From sequence record OR192075.1: a DNA stretch of 64,000 nt; one strand, written 5' to 3'. This DNA comes from Escherichia phage MIZ6. How positions within the stretch are numbered: position 1 is the first letter of the stretch; each line of letters starts with the position of its first letter. Shown one piece after another: positions 36,746 through 46,256 of this stretch. Under the pieces are notes generated by a model. It saw only the letters and a list, made by a program, of their open reading frames with translations, ran no database searches and was not told the DNA's origin. The position numbers and the translations under genes were made by a program.

Positions 36746-36976
36746 TCACGTTCTAAAGTTTGTTGCAACCCCAGCATCAGGGTAATCAAGTTTATCTAAG
36801 TTGGGGACCAGCATAAACTCATGATGACGACAAGACAACATTTTTGTTATGTCTTCATCGCTGTATATGCTGTTTTTCATATCCCCCATACTAACTACAT
36901 ATTCTTCACCGGAATATAGATTGATTAAGGTATACAATTCTAACTCCGGCTGCGTTACTCTGTCAAATGTTAACAT
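36746..36976 (-). CDS. Hypothetical protein (76 aa)
   Basis: Track ORF, overlaps end of gene 46. Confidence 0.35.
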   Translation of the reverse strand: MLTFDRVTQPELELYTLINLYSGEEYVVSMGDMKNSIYSDEDITKMLSCRHHEFMLVPNLDKLDYPDAGVATNFRT

Positions 36977-38645
36977 TCATTTCAGTGAATCGCCCACGTT
37001 TAACCATCTTGAGATGACGGCTAAAATCATCAGGGTTATGGTCACGATGGCTGATAATATACACGTTATCATCTAACTTGTCAATGATGGAATCAAGTGC
37101 TTTTACGCCTTGAACGTCCGTAGCCCCATCATAAATTTCGTCGAGTACCAACAAAGAAATATTAGTACCAGATACCTTACCAGCAACATCACGCCATGTA
37201 AAGAGCATCGCAAGATCAATACGTGCTTTTTCGCCTTGACTGAATGATGTATACGAAAACGATTCACGCCCCCGTGATTTGATTGTTTCGTTAAACTCTT
37301 CATCTAGCGTAAAGATATAATCCGCTTCCATGATATCAAGATAATATGCAATCCGATCATTGAAATATGGAATATATTTCTTGACGATAGACGCCTTAAC
37401 ACCGGAATCCTTCAACATTTCTGTTACAAATCCACGGTGATATTTTTCAAGAACTAGCTTTGATTTTTCATTAGTAATCTCTACCAGTTCGTGTTCCAGT
37501 TTAGCAAGTTCTTCGGAATTGTCAACCCTTTCTTTTTGTAATTCCTGAATTGCTTTCTGGATCTGCTTAGCACGACCTACAGATGCCGTTAAATTCGCTC
37601 TCTGTGACTCTATAGCGCGTTTAATTTCCAAGACCTTAGTTTGTGCTGTCTGGAAAGAATTGGCCTTCTCTGCGTACTCTACGCGTTTCTCGTCAATCAG
37701 AGACAGTTTATGTTCTGCTTGTGCTTTTTGTTCTCGTACAGCTTGATCATTACCCTGAATGATCGGTTGTGTGCACGTAGGACAGATCCCGCCTTTCTCA
37801 TGCATATGAATAACACGGTCAAAGTTCTGGATCTGTGCACCAATCTGTGCGATAGCCGTATTAATTTTAGCCAATGCCGCGCTAGGATCTTCCGGCATAA
37901 CAACAGCCAATAGCTCATCGGTCAAGCGCGTTTCTTCGGCTTTAAATGCTTTAGCAGATTCTACCTCTTTATCATACATATTCTGTAAACGCTGGAGATT
38001 CTCGGCACTCGCCTTGCTAGCGTCTTCTATGTACTTTTTATGAGTGTTGATTTGTTGCTGAACGTGATTAGCTTTCATTTCCTGCATTTGGATATTCTGG
38101 GTAATCTCGCGCACATACGCTTTATTCAGTTTATCCATTTCGCCTAGTGTAGCAATATCAAGCAAATCCTCGACCAGTTTACGGCGACCCGCTGCCGGAA
38201 GACTCATAAACGGAACATAACCAGCAGTGCCTAAAACAACGATCTGTTTAAAGCTGGCTAGGTTCATGCCTATGATACCTTCAAAATATTCCTGAAAGTC
38301 TTTGGTGCTTGCGCTCTCGTCGATCTTTTGACCGTCTCGATGCACTTCGAATACTTCCGGCTTTTGTCCACGTTTAATATAAAATTCTTTCCCGTCCAGT
38401 TCAAACCAGACTTCGACTAACAGTTTCTTTTTGTTGACGCTGTTAATCAATTGGCCTTTCTTGATACTACGAAACGGTTTACCGAACAACACAAAGCAAA
38501 GCGCCTCAATCATGGTCGATTTACCAGCACCGTTAACACCAGTGATTAGTGTCTTTTTGAATCCGTCTAGCTGAATCTCTACAGGTTCAGCACCCACGCT
38601 CATTATATTTTGATAGCGCAAGGTTTTAAAATTTAACTTTGCCAT
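36963..38645 (-). CDS. 46: Recombination endonuclease subunit (Rad50/SbcC-like ATPase)
   Basis: 560 aa from ATG, same as T4 gp46; strong similarity (KTLITG.NG.GKSTM.EA, KYIPYFN, IMEADY.FTLDEEFNETIKSRGRE); track TTG start replaced. Confidence 0.85.
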   Translation of the reverse strand: MAKLNFKTLRYQNIMSVGAEPVEIQLDGFKKTLITGVNGAGKSTMIEALCFVLFGKPFRSIKKGQLINSVNKKKLLVEVWFELDGKEFYIKRGQKPEVFEVHRDGQKIDESASTKDFQEYFEGIIGMNLASFKQIVVLGTAGYVPFMSLPAAGRRKLVEDLLDIATLGEMDKLNKAYVREITQNIQMQEMKANHVQQQINTHKKYIEDASKASAENLQRLQNMYDKEVESAKAFKAEETRLTDELLAVVMPEDPSAALAKINTAIAQIGAQIQNFDRVIHMHEKGGICPTCTQPIIQGNDQAVREQKAQAEHKLSLIDEKRVEYAEKANSFQTAQTKVLEIKRAIESQRANLTASVGRAKQIQKAIQELQKERVDNSEELAKLEHELVEITNEKSKLVLEKYHRGFVTEMLKDSGVKASIVKKYIPYFNDRIAYYLDIMEADYIFTLDEEFNETIKSRGRESFSYTSFSQGEKARIDLAMLFTWRDVAGKVSGTNISLLVLDEIYDGATDVQGVKALDSIIDKLDDNVYIISHRDHNPDDFSRHLKMVKRGRFTEMNVNI

Positions 38646-38889
38646 TAATCCACTCCGCAATCACACATTCCATAATATTAAATGCTAACACATCTTCATC
38701 AATGTTGTAAACACTTGCCGCCTTCACTTTAACTAATGTGTCTCTGCGATCTGGCAACATGATCACATAATCCAGTGTCGCAGGATCATATGTCATAAAG
38801 GGATCAACATAAATCCCTTTATTCAATGCCAGATATTCGCGAAGACCTTCTATAACCCTGTGTCTAAGGTAGGTCATCGATAGAATCAT
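38626..38889 (-). CDS. Hypothetical protein (87 aa)
   Basis: Track ORF in segment between genes 47 and 46. Confidence 0.4.
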   Translation of the reverse strand: MILSMTYLRHRVIEGLREYLALNKGIYVDPFMTYDPATLDYVIMLPDRRDTLVKVKAASVYNIDEDVLAFNIMECVIAEWINGKVKF

Positions 38890-39482
38890 TTTAGTTTATG
38901 TTCCTCTAAAAATTCTTCAATTTCACCTTGCAGGTCTTCCGCTTGCTGTTCCAGAATATCGCGAAATTCACCTACAGTCAAGCGGTAATCACATTTCACC
39001 AGTCGATGCGGGAGAATATACCCTTTATACATTGTCTCTGACGCTTCCAGGAATACCCCACTATGCATGACAGAGATCCAACCTGTTAACGTCAATGGAG
39101 TATTCGGAAAATAATACTTGCTGGATTGTTTCCACTGTACGAAAGCACCATATACAATAGGATTATATTCACCAACCACACTCTTAATAATGGATTCTAC
39201 TTTGTCTTTTACAAAGTCGCCAATGTCCATAGTTATCATCAACTCTTTTGGATGAATAATTTTAAGGTAACGACGATAGCCATCATCATAATACAGCTTA
39301 ACTACTGGTTCACCCCACATAGACGAAATATTCGCTTTCAGATATCCATAAATCGGATTCTTATCATATGATTGTTTTAGCGTGTAGGTATGCAACAGCG
39401 TAATAAAATGTCGCATTACCAGTTTATCTGGATCAGCCGCGACCATAGTCGTATTCATAATATGTTCCTCGTTCAATTTCAT
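38886..39482 (-). CDS. Hypothetical protein (198 aa)
   Basis: Track ORF in segment between genes 47 and 46. Confidence 0.45.
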   Translation of the reverse strand: MKLNEEHIMNTTMVAADPDKLVMRHFITLLHTYTLKQSYDKNPIYGYLKANISSMWGEPVVKLYYDDGYRRYLKIIHPKELMITMDIGDFVKDKVESIIKSVVGEYNPIVYGAFVQWKQSSKYYFPNTPLTLTGWISVMHSGVFLEASETMYKGYILPHRLVKCDYRLTVGEFRDILEQQAEDLQGEIEEFLEEHKLK

Positions 39483-39750
39483 ATTGTTTCAGGTCTTCTA
39501 AAAGTTCATCCACTGCTTGTTTCAGCACATGACGCAGCGTAAAGTAATAGCTTTCATCAAATTCTATTTCCGCGCGAGGAATAGAGCGAAACTTACACTT
39601 AACGGTAGTATCAGTGAGTCGCTTTTCGACCATCATCCGAACTTCTTCATGCTCTTTGGAATACCATACATCAACGGAGATCCCCTTACGTCGAGCAAAC
39701 ATAGGCAATGCCGCATTAAATTCCATGACCTTTTGTGCAAGTGTTTTCAT
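39433..39750 (-). CDS. Hypothetical protein (105 aa)
   Basis: Track ORF; start may be further downstream. Confidence 0.4.
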   Translation of the reverse strand: MKTLAQKVMEFNAALPMFARRKGISVDVWYSKEHEEVRMMVEKRLTDTTVKCKFRSIPRAEIEFDESYYFTLRHVLKQAVDELLEDLKQYEIERGTYYEYDYGRG

Positions 39751-39998
39751 CGTACAGACCCCATAGATCCACGCGCAATAACATTCTGAGTAATATCAGC
39801 AACCTTACGGGATACGATGTTTGTTAGCCCCTCTTTGGTGATATGTTCACGATCAAATGGGATTTCGTCATGAGTCCATAAACCATAGTTAGACCGAAAT
39901 GATAGCATATACTGACCATCTCGCACAACCTCAAATACATGGATCTTAGTGAATTTCGATAAACCTTCGTTGATTTCTTTCAGTGCATTAGTAATCAT
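39747..39998 (-). CDS. Hypothetical protein (83 aa)
   Basis: Track TTG start replaced by ATG with SD GGAGG. Confidence 0.4.
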   Translation of the reverse strand: MITNALKEINEGLSKFTKIHVFEVVRDGQYMLSFRSNYGLWTHDEIPFDREHITKEGLTNIVSRKVADITQNVIARGSMGSVR

Positions 39999-40023
39999 AA
40001 CAACCTCCAATCAATTTTTAGAG

Positions 40024-40052
40024 AGTATAACGGGGATTTCTCCCCGCGTCAA
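40024..40052 (-). promoter_or_regulatory. sigma70-like promoter (TTGACG-17-TATACT) with CGGGGA..TCCCCG palindrome in spacer
   Basis: Directly after gene 47 stop; drives the 47-46 intervening ORFs. Confidence 0.35.
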
Positions 40053-41078
40053 CTAACTTTTTGCGCTATTTACTTCGGCTAAAAGTTCATCAGAAATACG
40101 CTTGACCGCCGCAAGTTCTTCCGGTTCTAGGTTTTGTTCTTCCAGATATTCATAGACCATCTGAATAGTGCTTTTAACTTCAATAACACCTGTTTCCTGT
40201 GATGCGCTACTCTCCAGCTTATGGACCACTTTTAGCTTGTGTACAACGGCCTCTAACGCGCTTTCTAACTTACTTAACCCATTATCAGCAACCGTTGCGA
40301 TAAGACGCACACTAAGCCCCTTAAAGCGTTCTACATCGATTTTATCATCTGACGGGTAAGTGATACGCACATGATAAGTTTTATCATTCTGGATAAACTC
40401 TTTTTTGTGTGTATCGGTATCGAATACCCAAAAACCACGCGGATCGTTTTCGTCACCAGCCGTTAGTGTGTATGGTGTACCAATATACGTTACGTTACCG
40501 CCATCACTGATAGTATGAAAGTGACCAGAAAACACTTCACGGTATTTCTTGAGGAAGTCCGCGCTATAACCTTCTGATTTTAGCCCTTTATAGAAATAGT
40601 AACCGGACAATTCCCAATGGCCTACACAATATTCGCTGAATGAGTTTTGAATAAACTCTAAAATCTCTGATTTATTGTCATCACAAAACCACGGGAACAG
40701 ATCAAATGATACACCATCAAAGGTGACTGTTTCCGGCTTATCGATAACTTTAATACAATCATACTGGCTTAACACTTCACGCGGTGCGTTAGGCTGGATC
40801 TTGTTTCGTTTAAACATATCATGGTTCCCGACCGTGATATAACAAGTAATACCAGCCTCTTCCAGTAACGGGATGACCTTAGTGCGGTTAAATTTCATGG
40901 TTTCATGGGTAATTGCTTTTCGGCAATCAAACCAATCCCCTGTTTGAATCCATGTCTTAATATTATGCTCTTTGGAGTATTCAACCGCCTTCTTGATGGT
41001 ATCAAGAATATACTCATGCACCCACGGATCATCGCCACCGATACCAGTATGCAGATCACCTAAAAGCAAAATTTTCAT
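40053..41078 (-). CDS. 47: Recombination endonuclease subunit (Mre11/SbcD-like nuclease)
   Basis: 341 aa; calcineurin-like phosphoesterase motifs (LLLGDLH, GNHD, GHFH); matches T4 gp47 size. Confidence 0.85.
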   Translation of the reverse strand: MKILLLGDLHTGIGGDDPWVHEYILDTIKKAVEYSKEHNIKTWIQTGDWFDCRKAITHETMKFNRTKVIPLLEEAGITCYITVGNHDMFKRNKIQPNAPREVLSQYDCIKVIDKPETVTFDGVSFDLFPWFCDDNKSEILEFIQNSFSEYCVGHWELSGYYFYKGLKSEGYSADFLKKYREVFSGHFHTISDGGNVTYIGTPYTLTAGDENDPRGFWVFDTDTHKKEFIQNDKTYHVRITYPSDDKIDVERFKGLSVRLIATVADNGLSKLESALEAVVHKLKVVHKLESSASQETGVIEVKSTIQMVYEYLEEQNLEPEELAAVKRISDELLAEVNSAKS

Positions 41079-41120
41079 AGTCTCTTCCTCTCTTCGTTTT
41101 CGATGCTCTCACTATATCAC

Positions 41121-41146
41121 AGAAAAATAAAAAGGGAAACCCCTTT
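41121..41146 (-). terminator. Intrinsic terminator
   Basis: Hairpin aaagggaaaccccttt with U-run on minus-strand RNA. Confidence 0.4.
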
Positions 41147-41168
41147 CAGAGTCTCCCTTATAAAGCCA

Positions 41169-41456
41169 TTACAGCATACTTAATACAGTTTGCCGTGTAC
41201 TAATCCACATAGCAGAAAGCAGTTCTGGCGTGTGTGGCTGTTTGTAGATATCACGTAACTTTCCGATAGCGTAGATATACGCATCGCGGTTATCATCGAT
41301 GATAGCTTGTTCAGCCCACCGCTTAAGGCGTGCAATCTCTCGCGAGTTCTTACGCAAGATCTTTTCCGCTTTCTTAGCGGCTTTAGCCTCTAGTTCTGCT
41401 TGTACTTTGTCTACTTCATTCACTGCAATCTGGTCATGCTGTTCATTGCAAGTCAT
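41169..41456 (-). CDS. Hypothetical protein (95 aa)
   Basis: Track ORF. Confidence 0.4.
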   Translation of the reverse strand: MTCNEQHDQIAVNEVDKVQAELEAKAAKKAEKILRKNSREIARLKRWAEQAIIDDNRDAYIYAIGKLRDIYKQPHTPELLSAMWISTRQTVLSML

Positions 41457-41457
41457 A

Positions 41458-41691
41458 TTATTTTACCTCTGGGATATAATCAATTATTAAAGAAAATTCA
41501 TCTTCTGATACATTATAGCTATGTGAGATTGTACCCGTAAAGACCTCAAGATCCGGTGATTTGATATTGCACGGATCGATAATCACCGGAACGCCGCAAT
41601 CTCTCAAAAATAATTTGGCGAAATACGGCACGAGGTCAGTTTCAAACTCTGCTTCTTCCAGCAAACGGGAAATGTTAATTTTCAATCTCAT
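41458..41691 (-). CDS. Hypothetical protein (77 aa)
   Basis: Track ORF. Confidence 0.4.
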   Translation of the reverse strand: MRLKINISRLLEEAEFETDLVPYFAKLFLRDCGVPVIIDPCNIKSPDLEVFTGTISHSYNVSEDEFSLIIDYIPEVK

Positions 41692-42208
41692 AAAATTGGT
41701 CCAAGCTAGGCAATTCCTCGGTCAATACATCTTCAACCTTTGGCGCTTTCGGTTTATTGACCGATTCCTCGTAGTTGTTGATTTTATCGTAAATGTCCTG
41801 TATGAATGCCTCATCAGCAATCTGGCACATATCAGCGTCGCGTTCGTCATATACATGATGCACAAAATATTTGTATTTTGCGGCTGTCGCTGTTCTTTCT
41901 TTTTTAATGCGCTGTACAAAAGCATTAAAGCACGCTTGCGTGATGTAAGCATGAGGATTTTTATACTTTGTCTCGTCAAAATTAATCAAACCCTTGACCG
42001 CCGCTTCGATTCCGTCGTCGATCATTTCTTCGCGCCATGTTTGACTATAACCAGAAAAGTTAAAACGACGTGATAGATTTTTAGAGATTTGCATAATTGC
42101 TAGGCCGATTTGATCGCTCATTGGAACTTGCCGACCTTCTGCTGCAATTTGTTGTTTCCAACGGCAAATTTCTTCGTAAAGCTCTTTATTGTTTACATAA
42201 TCAGACAC
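41675..42208 (-). CDS. 55: Late sigma factor
   Basis: Strong similarity to T4 gp55 ([38 protein letters not shown]); GTG start with SD GAGGGTG. Confidence 0.85.
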   Translation of the reverse strand: MSDYVNNKELYEEICRWKQQIAAEGRQVPMSDQIGLAIMQISKNLSRRFNFSGYSQTWREEMIDDGIEAAVKGLINFDETKYKNPHAYITQACFNAFVQRIKKERTATAAKYKYFVHHVYDERDADMCQIADEAFIQDIYDKINNYEESVNKPKAPKVEDVLTEELPSLDQFYEIEN

Positions 42209-42248
42209 TTCGCACCCTCGCTATTATTTAGGAAATAACCCTTTCGGG

Positions 42249-43718
42249 CTATTCCCCATTACCATTATACTTTCTTTGCTTAGTTATCCACACTCTAACC
42301 ATCTCTACGGATTCACCGTCAGACGGATCAAGAGTTTTTCCTTTTTTCTTCATGCGGTACTTAAATCCGTTAAATCTTGCATTCTCTTGCTCGTTAAAGT
42401 CGAACATCTTTTTAAATGATTTTCGCCCTTTACGCTCACCGCATTCTAGCGGAATCATTCGGTCTGTTATTACATTGGCATTAGGCAGAAACGTTTTTAG
42501 ATAATCCACCAACGCCCAATCAGGAACATATAGATTAACATTCTCCTTGCTCTCGTTGTCTCTCAGGTTACAACGCAAACATAATTGAAATGCTGGTTCC
42601 AGATAATCAGACACATGACGCGCTTTCAAAAACTCGTTTGTTGGGAGATCACAACTATTAGCAAGACCTTTTAAAATATCAATCTCCCATCGTTGAGGGT
42701 TAAAGCTGAACATCACAGCAACATTTTTATGATGAATGTAAGAGTTAAGACCATAAGATCCGTAAGGTATCCGCTCACCAATACCATTTGTGCACGCTTC
42801 ACGGTCCCGATTCACGGTATAAATGAAGTCATCACCACATTCATTTTTAACCATATCAACAAGACGTTCAAAGGTATTGTTTGTTTCTGACTGGTGACGC
42901 GACCATCGTTCGGAGTCCGTCATAAGGATGATGTTAACTCTATCTGTATTTTTATACTCTTTGAAATATAGTCTGGATTCTAGCGCACTCGGAACAAAAT
43001 CGCAATTTGCATAGTATCGTAGATACTTCCCACTATATGTATCAAAGAGATTTGCACATGCTATCGTAACCTTTTTAAAGTCTCCCCACGTACCGTGTTT
43101 GTTATCGTTCAAGAAAACAATTTTCGACCCATTCTTCCGGTGTCCTTCGTTATGTTTTACCATAACGTTGATTTTCTTCTCTAATAACGCCTCATAAAGC
43201 CCTCTAAGAGAAGAATCGATCATATCAGTACCATCCTTTGCACTTTCTATCTTTTCTTTGATAGCGGCCTTCTCAGAGTCTTTTAGAACTAAGTTCTGTA
43301 GGCATTCCGATTCGTCGGCGATTGGTTCGCAATGCTTCGTGATAAGTTCAAGATTAGACTTAAACGGATACTCATTAAATTCAACCAGTTGAGGAACTTC
43401 ATCAATGTAAAGAGCATATTCACCAAACATTTTTGAACGTTCCATATTAGATAACGCTGTATGTGTAATGAATATCACATCAGCACCATCTTTAACTGAT
43501 TGCATTATAGACGCTTGCACTGTCTTAAGGCTTCTTAGTCTTGTGCTATCAATCAAGACAGCACGACCGCCCATTCTTTTAAACTTATTGTAAGATTGTT
43601 CACTTAAAACACGAGATGGCGAAGCAATAACCGCTTTTTCTTTTGTCTCTAGGACGTGGGAAAGTATAGCATCAGTTTTCCCCGCCGCTGGCAATGCGAT
43701 TAATGTTTCAATCTTCAT
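42249..43718 (-). CDS. P-loop NTPase, SF2 helicase-like N-terminal domain, function unknown
   Basis: Walker A PAAGKT, motif Ia-like SPSRVLSEQ, Walker B YIDEVPQ; 489 aa; no T4 counterpart I can recall. Confidence 0.5.
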   Translation of the reverse strand: MKIETLIALPAAGKTDAILSHVLETKEKAVIASPSRVLSEQSYNKFKRMGGRAVLIDSTRLRSLKTVQASIMQSVKDGADVIFITHTALSNMERSKMFGEYALYIDEVPQLVEFNEYPFKSNLELITKHCEPIADESECLQNLVLKDSEKAAIKEKIESAKDGTDMIDSSLRGLYEALLEKKINVMVKHNEGHRKNGSKIVFLNDNKHGTWGDFKKVTIACANLFDTYSGKYLRYYANCDFVPSALESRLYFKEYKNTDRVNIILMTDSERWSRHQSETNNTFERLVDMVKNECGDDFIYTVNRDREACTNGIGERIPYGSYGLNSYIHHKNVAVMFSFNPQRWEIDILKGLANSCDLPTNEFLKARHVSDYLEPAFQLCLRCNLRDNESKENVNLYVPDWALVDYLKTFLPNANVITDRMIPLECGERKGRKSFKKMFDFNEQENARFNGFKYRMKKKGKTLDPSDGESVEMVRVWITKQRKYNGNGE

Positions 43719-44005
43719 TAGAAACCCTTACGTCGTGCTTTCTGGCATTTCTTGATCATTTTATCAGAAATTTCGCGCTTAGGTGCAATCTCTTTCACAC
43801 CGAAAGCACTAATGCCAAATTCAGAGAGAATATATTCAACTAACAATTCACGCACACGCGCTTTACCGATATTCACGCCGTTATTTTTCAGATATGTCTG
43901 GCCTTCGACTTGCATCAGATCTAAATCAGCGTCGGTAATATTGATTTCTTCCATGCGCCCAAATCGAGAGTAAACCATGTGTGCGATTGTATTGTGTACT
44001 AACAT
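43718..44005 (-). CDS. Hypothetical protein (95 aa)
   Basis: Track TTG start replaced by ATG (MLVHNT) with SD GAGGAA. Confidence 0.4.
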   Translation of the reverse strand: MLVHNTIAHMVYSRFGRMEEINITDADLDLMQVEGQTYLKNNGVNIGKARVRELLVEYILSEFGISAFGVKEIAPKREISDKMIKKCQKARRKGF

Positions 44006-44026
44006 AATATATTCCTCACTCAAGAA

Positions 44027-44185
44027 TTACTTAATGATACTTACTTTACCAGATCCGTGACAATGAGCGCAACACCCATCACCACGCAATCCTGTTCCGT
44101 TACAGTGTTTACACTTCTTCAACGGTAAAGCCATTATAACAAATAAAGCAATAATGAACACCGAAACTAAATTCTCAATAATCAT
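44027..44185 (-). CDS. Membrane-anchored miniprotein with two DnaJ-type CxxCxGxG zinc-finger motifs (52 aa)
   Basis: Hand-translated MIIENLVSVFIIALFVIMALPLKKCKHCNGTGLRGDGCCAHCHGSGKVSIIK; SD GAGGG. Confidence 0.35.
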   Translation of the reverse strand: MIIENLVSVFIIALFVIMALPLKKCKHCNGTGLRGDGCCAHCHGSGKVSIIK

Positions 44186-44444
44186 AAATCGCCCTCAGTT
44201 CTTTATAGCCTCCAATGTGCTCGTTGTTAATGAATATCTGGGGGTATACAAACCGGAGGCTCTTTGAGTTCAGCCTCCCCGCCAGTTCTTCAATCATATC
44301 ACGGTCGGGAATAATGTCAACCCCGACCTGCTTGAATACTGGTTTAAGTGTATACGGAATACCCAGATCATCCAGTAGCTTCATTGCACTAATACAACCA
44401 TAACAATGATAAGCCTCTTTCGGTATGCCGTATATCTCGATCAT
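44175..44444 (-). CDS. Glutaredoxin/NrdH-like redoxin
   Basis: 89 aa; CYGC active-site motif and C-terminal IGGYKEL pattern. Confidence 0.6.
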   Translation of the reverse strand: MIEIYGIPKEAYHCYGCISAMKLLDDLGIPYTLKPVFKQVGVDIIPDRDMIEELAGRLNSKSLRFVYPQIFINNEHIGGYKELRAIYDY

Positions 44445-44917
44445 TTCTCAGCCTTTAATCTTTCTAGTTCTTCTTCCAGTTCCTTGATCCGTTGGTCACG
44501 TTCAAAGTCACGTTGTAGCTTAGTGGCAAATACCCGCTTAAACTGATTGTAATCATCGATTTTAAACACTTCTTCTTCGCCATAGCGACGTACAGAAACT
44601 TCGTAGTTATTGAAGAATTGTTGCATCATTGCTTCGGATGATAGTTCTGCTGATACTACTTTAAAATATTGATCTTCTGTAGGCGAAAACCAATTACAAG
44701 CATAAAGATAAACCTTTTCATTGTCTGGGCACTGGTAAGCCTTACCATCGATTTCAATCACAGAAACATATTCAGGTATAGTAGATGAATCAATAGCTAA
44801 GACTTTAAACTGACGGTCCCCGATAAACTCAGAGATCACACGATTCGCATCACTGGTTGCAAAGGCTTTACGCGCTTGTTCGCTTTTCCACTGATAGGTC
44901 ATACCAACAACAAACAT
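44441..44917 (-). CDS. Family-A paralog (novel ~90-aa domain plus coiled-coil tail)
   Basis: TYQWKSEQARKAF...IEIDGKAY...QYFKVV core; C-terminal KELEEELERLKAEK; track TTG start moved to ATG. Confidence 0.5.
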   Translation of the reverse strand: MFVVGMTYQWKSEQARKAFATSDANRVISEFIGDRQFKVLAIDSSTIPEYVSVIEIDGKAYQCPDNEKVYLYACNWFSPTEDQYFKVVSAELSSEAMMQQFFNNYEVSVRRYGEEEVFKIDDYNQFKRVFATKLQRDFERDQRIKELEEELERLKAEK

Positions 44918-44918
44918 A

Positions 44919-45743
44919 TTACCAACCTCGCTCTTTACCAATCAAAAATTCAACTTCACGACGTTTAATGTCTTCTTGAAGGTCTTTAATCTTCTGGCGA
45001 TCTTGCATGATTTCGTCCATTTTGTCAAGTGCTGCAATAAAATCATCGAAACGTTCAAAGGTTTTACCTTCATTTGCTTCGCCAAATTTAACCATAGTCA
45101 GACCGTAACGACTACTAAACAGACGTTTCAACTGTCCAACGATCTTAGAATCAGTGGTTATAACTTCCAATTCTTCTACTTCTTGAAAGAATTTTCTATC
45201 AGAATCAATAAACCAGCTAGTTCCTTTATGGTTGCTATCTTCGGTTGCACTCATTAGAGTATGGTCTTTACCATCAATTTCAATTACATCAATTTGCCCA
45301 CATGGACGAACATTTTTAACAGTAAAAGGTCTATAATTTATTGCTCGTGCAATAACATAATTAAGGTTAGATACGTTTTCAGCATAATGGCAGAAGTCGG
45401 TCATAGCATTCGCATCTTTCCAAGTATAAGTTTTACCAACTTCCCATTTCTGGGGAACTTCTTCAACTTCACGAAAGAATTTTCTATCGAATGGACTAAA
45501 GAAATATGTTGCCGTCCAAATGTCTTTTCCTGTAGCAGTTTTCGCCGTATGATAAACACCGTCTAGCTCTATTGCATTAATCCAACCATTACCCTCGATC
45601 TCGATGATGGTAAATGGCTTGTCACCAATAGCTGCACTAATATCGCTATTAAGTGGAGAAAGAACACCTTCTCCGTTAGTAATAAACTCAGTTTTAGCGT
45701 TTACATCTTTCCAGGTGTAAGTTTTACCAATTTCCCATTTCAT
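44919..45743 (-). CDS. Family-A paralog with two tandem copies of the domain
   Basis: MKWEIGKTYTWKD...RKFFREVEE then QKWEVGKTYTWKD...RKFFQEVEE; helical C-terminus. Confidence 0.5.
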   Translation of the reverse strand: MKWEIGKTYTWKDVNAKTEFITNGEGVLSPLNSDISAAIGDKPFTIIEIEGNGWINAIELDGVYHTAKTATGKDIWTATYFFSPFDRKFFREVEEVPQKWEVGKTYTWKDANAMTDFCHYAENVSNLNYVIARAINYRPFTVKNVRPCGQIDVIEIDGKDHTLMSATEDSNHKGTSWFIDSDRKFFQEVEELEVITTDSKIVGQLKRLFSSRYGLTMVKFGEANEGKTFERFDDFIAALDKMDEIMQDRQKIKDLQEDIKRREVEFLIGKERGW

Positions 45744-45755
45744 AATATATTCCCC

Positions 45756-46256
45756 TTAACCGATTTTATCAAGTTCGTTTAATGCTTTCTCTGCTTCCTG
45801 TATAGCTTGCACCCTTTCCGGCATTTTGTCAAGAAAATCTTTCAACTCTTCAAAACTGGAGATATGACGCAAGGCATTAGCACCGATAGCCGCATGTGAT
45901 TTGCATTCAAAGCGAATTTTATAATTATCCATAGCCAATTTGAGAAGATCAATTAGATCATATTCACGACCAGGCAATAAAACTTCTTTGAAGCACGCTC
46001 GGTCGCCATCGGAAAACCATATATTATCGCCAACATCGATAGAACTAATATAATCCCCTTCGTGATTATAGATTGAACGTACATTACCCCAACGGTCTAC
46101 AGTAGCGACAGTAAATGGTTTATCTAGATATGTAAACACACCATCAATATTAGGTTTTTGTTCGTAACGCCAACAATCACGCAAAATACGCTTTTCGTAC
46201 TCACCAACCAACTTATATGTCTTCCCTTCTTCCCATTTCATAATATCATCTCTCAT
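45756..46256 (-). CDS. Family-A paralog
   Basis: MKWEEGKTYKL...RACFKEV; conserved C-terminal F.ELKDFLDKMP module. Confidence 0.5.
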   Translation of the reverse strand: MRDDIMKWEEGKTYKLVGEYEKRILRDCWRYEQKPNIDGVFTYLDKPFTVATVDRWGNVRSIYNHEGDYISSIDVGDNIWFSDGDRACFKEVLLPGREYDLIDLLKLAMDNYKIRFECKSHAAIGANALRHISSFEELKDFLDKMPERVQAIQEAEKALNELDKIG

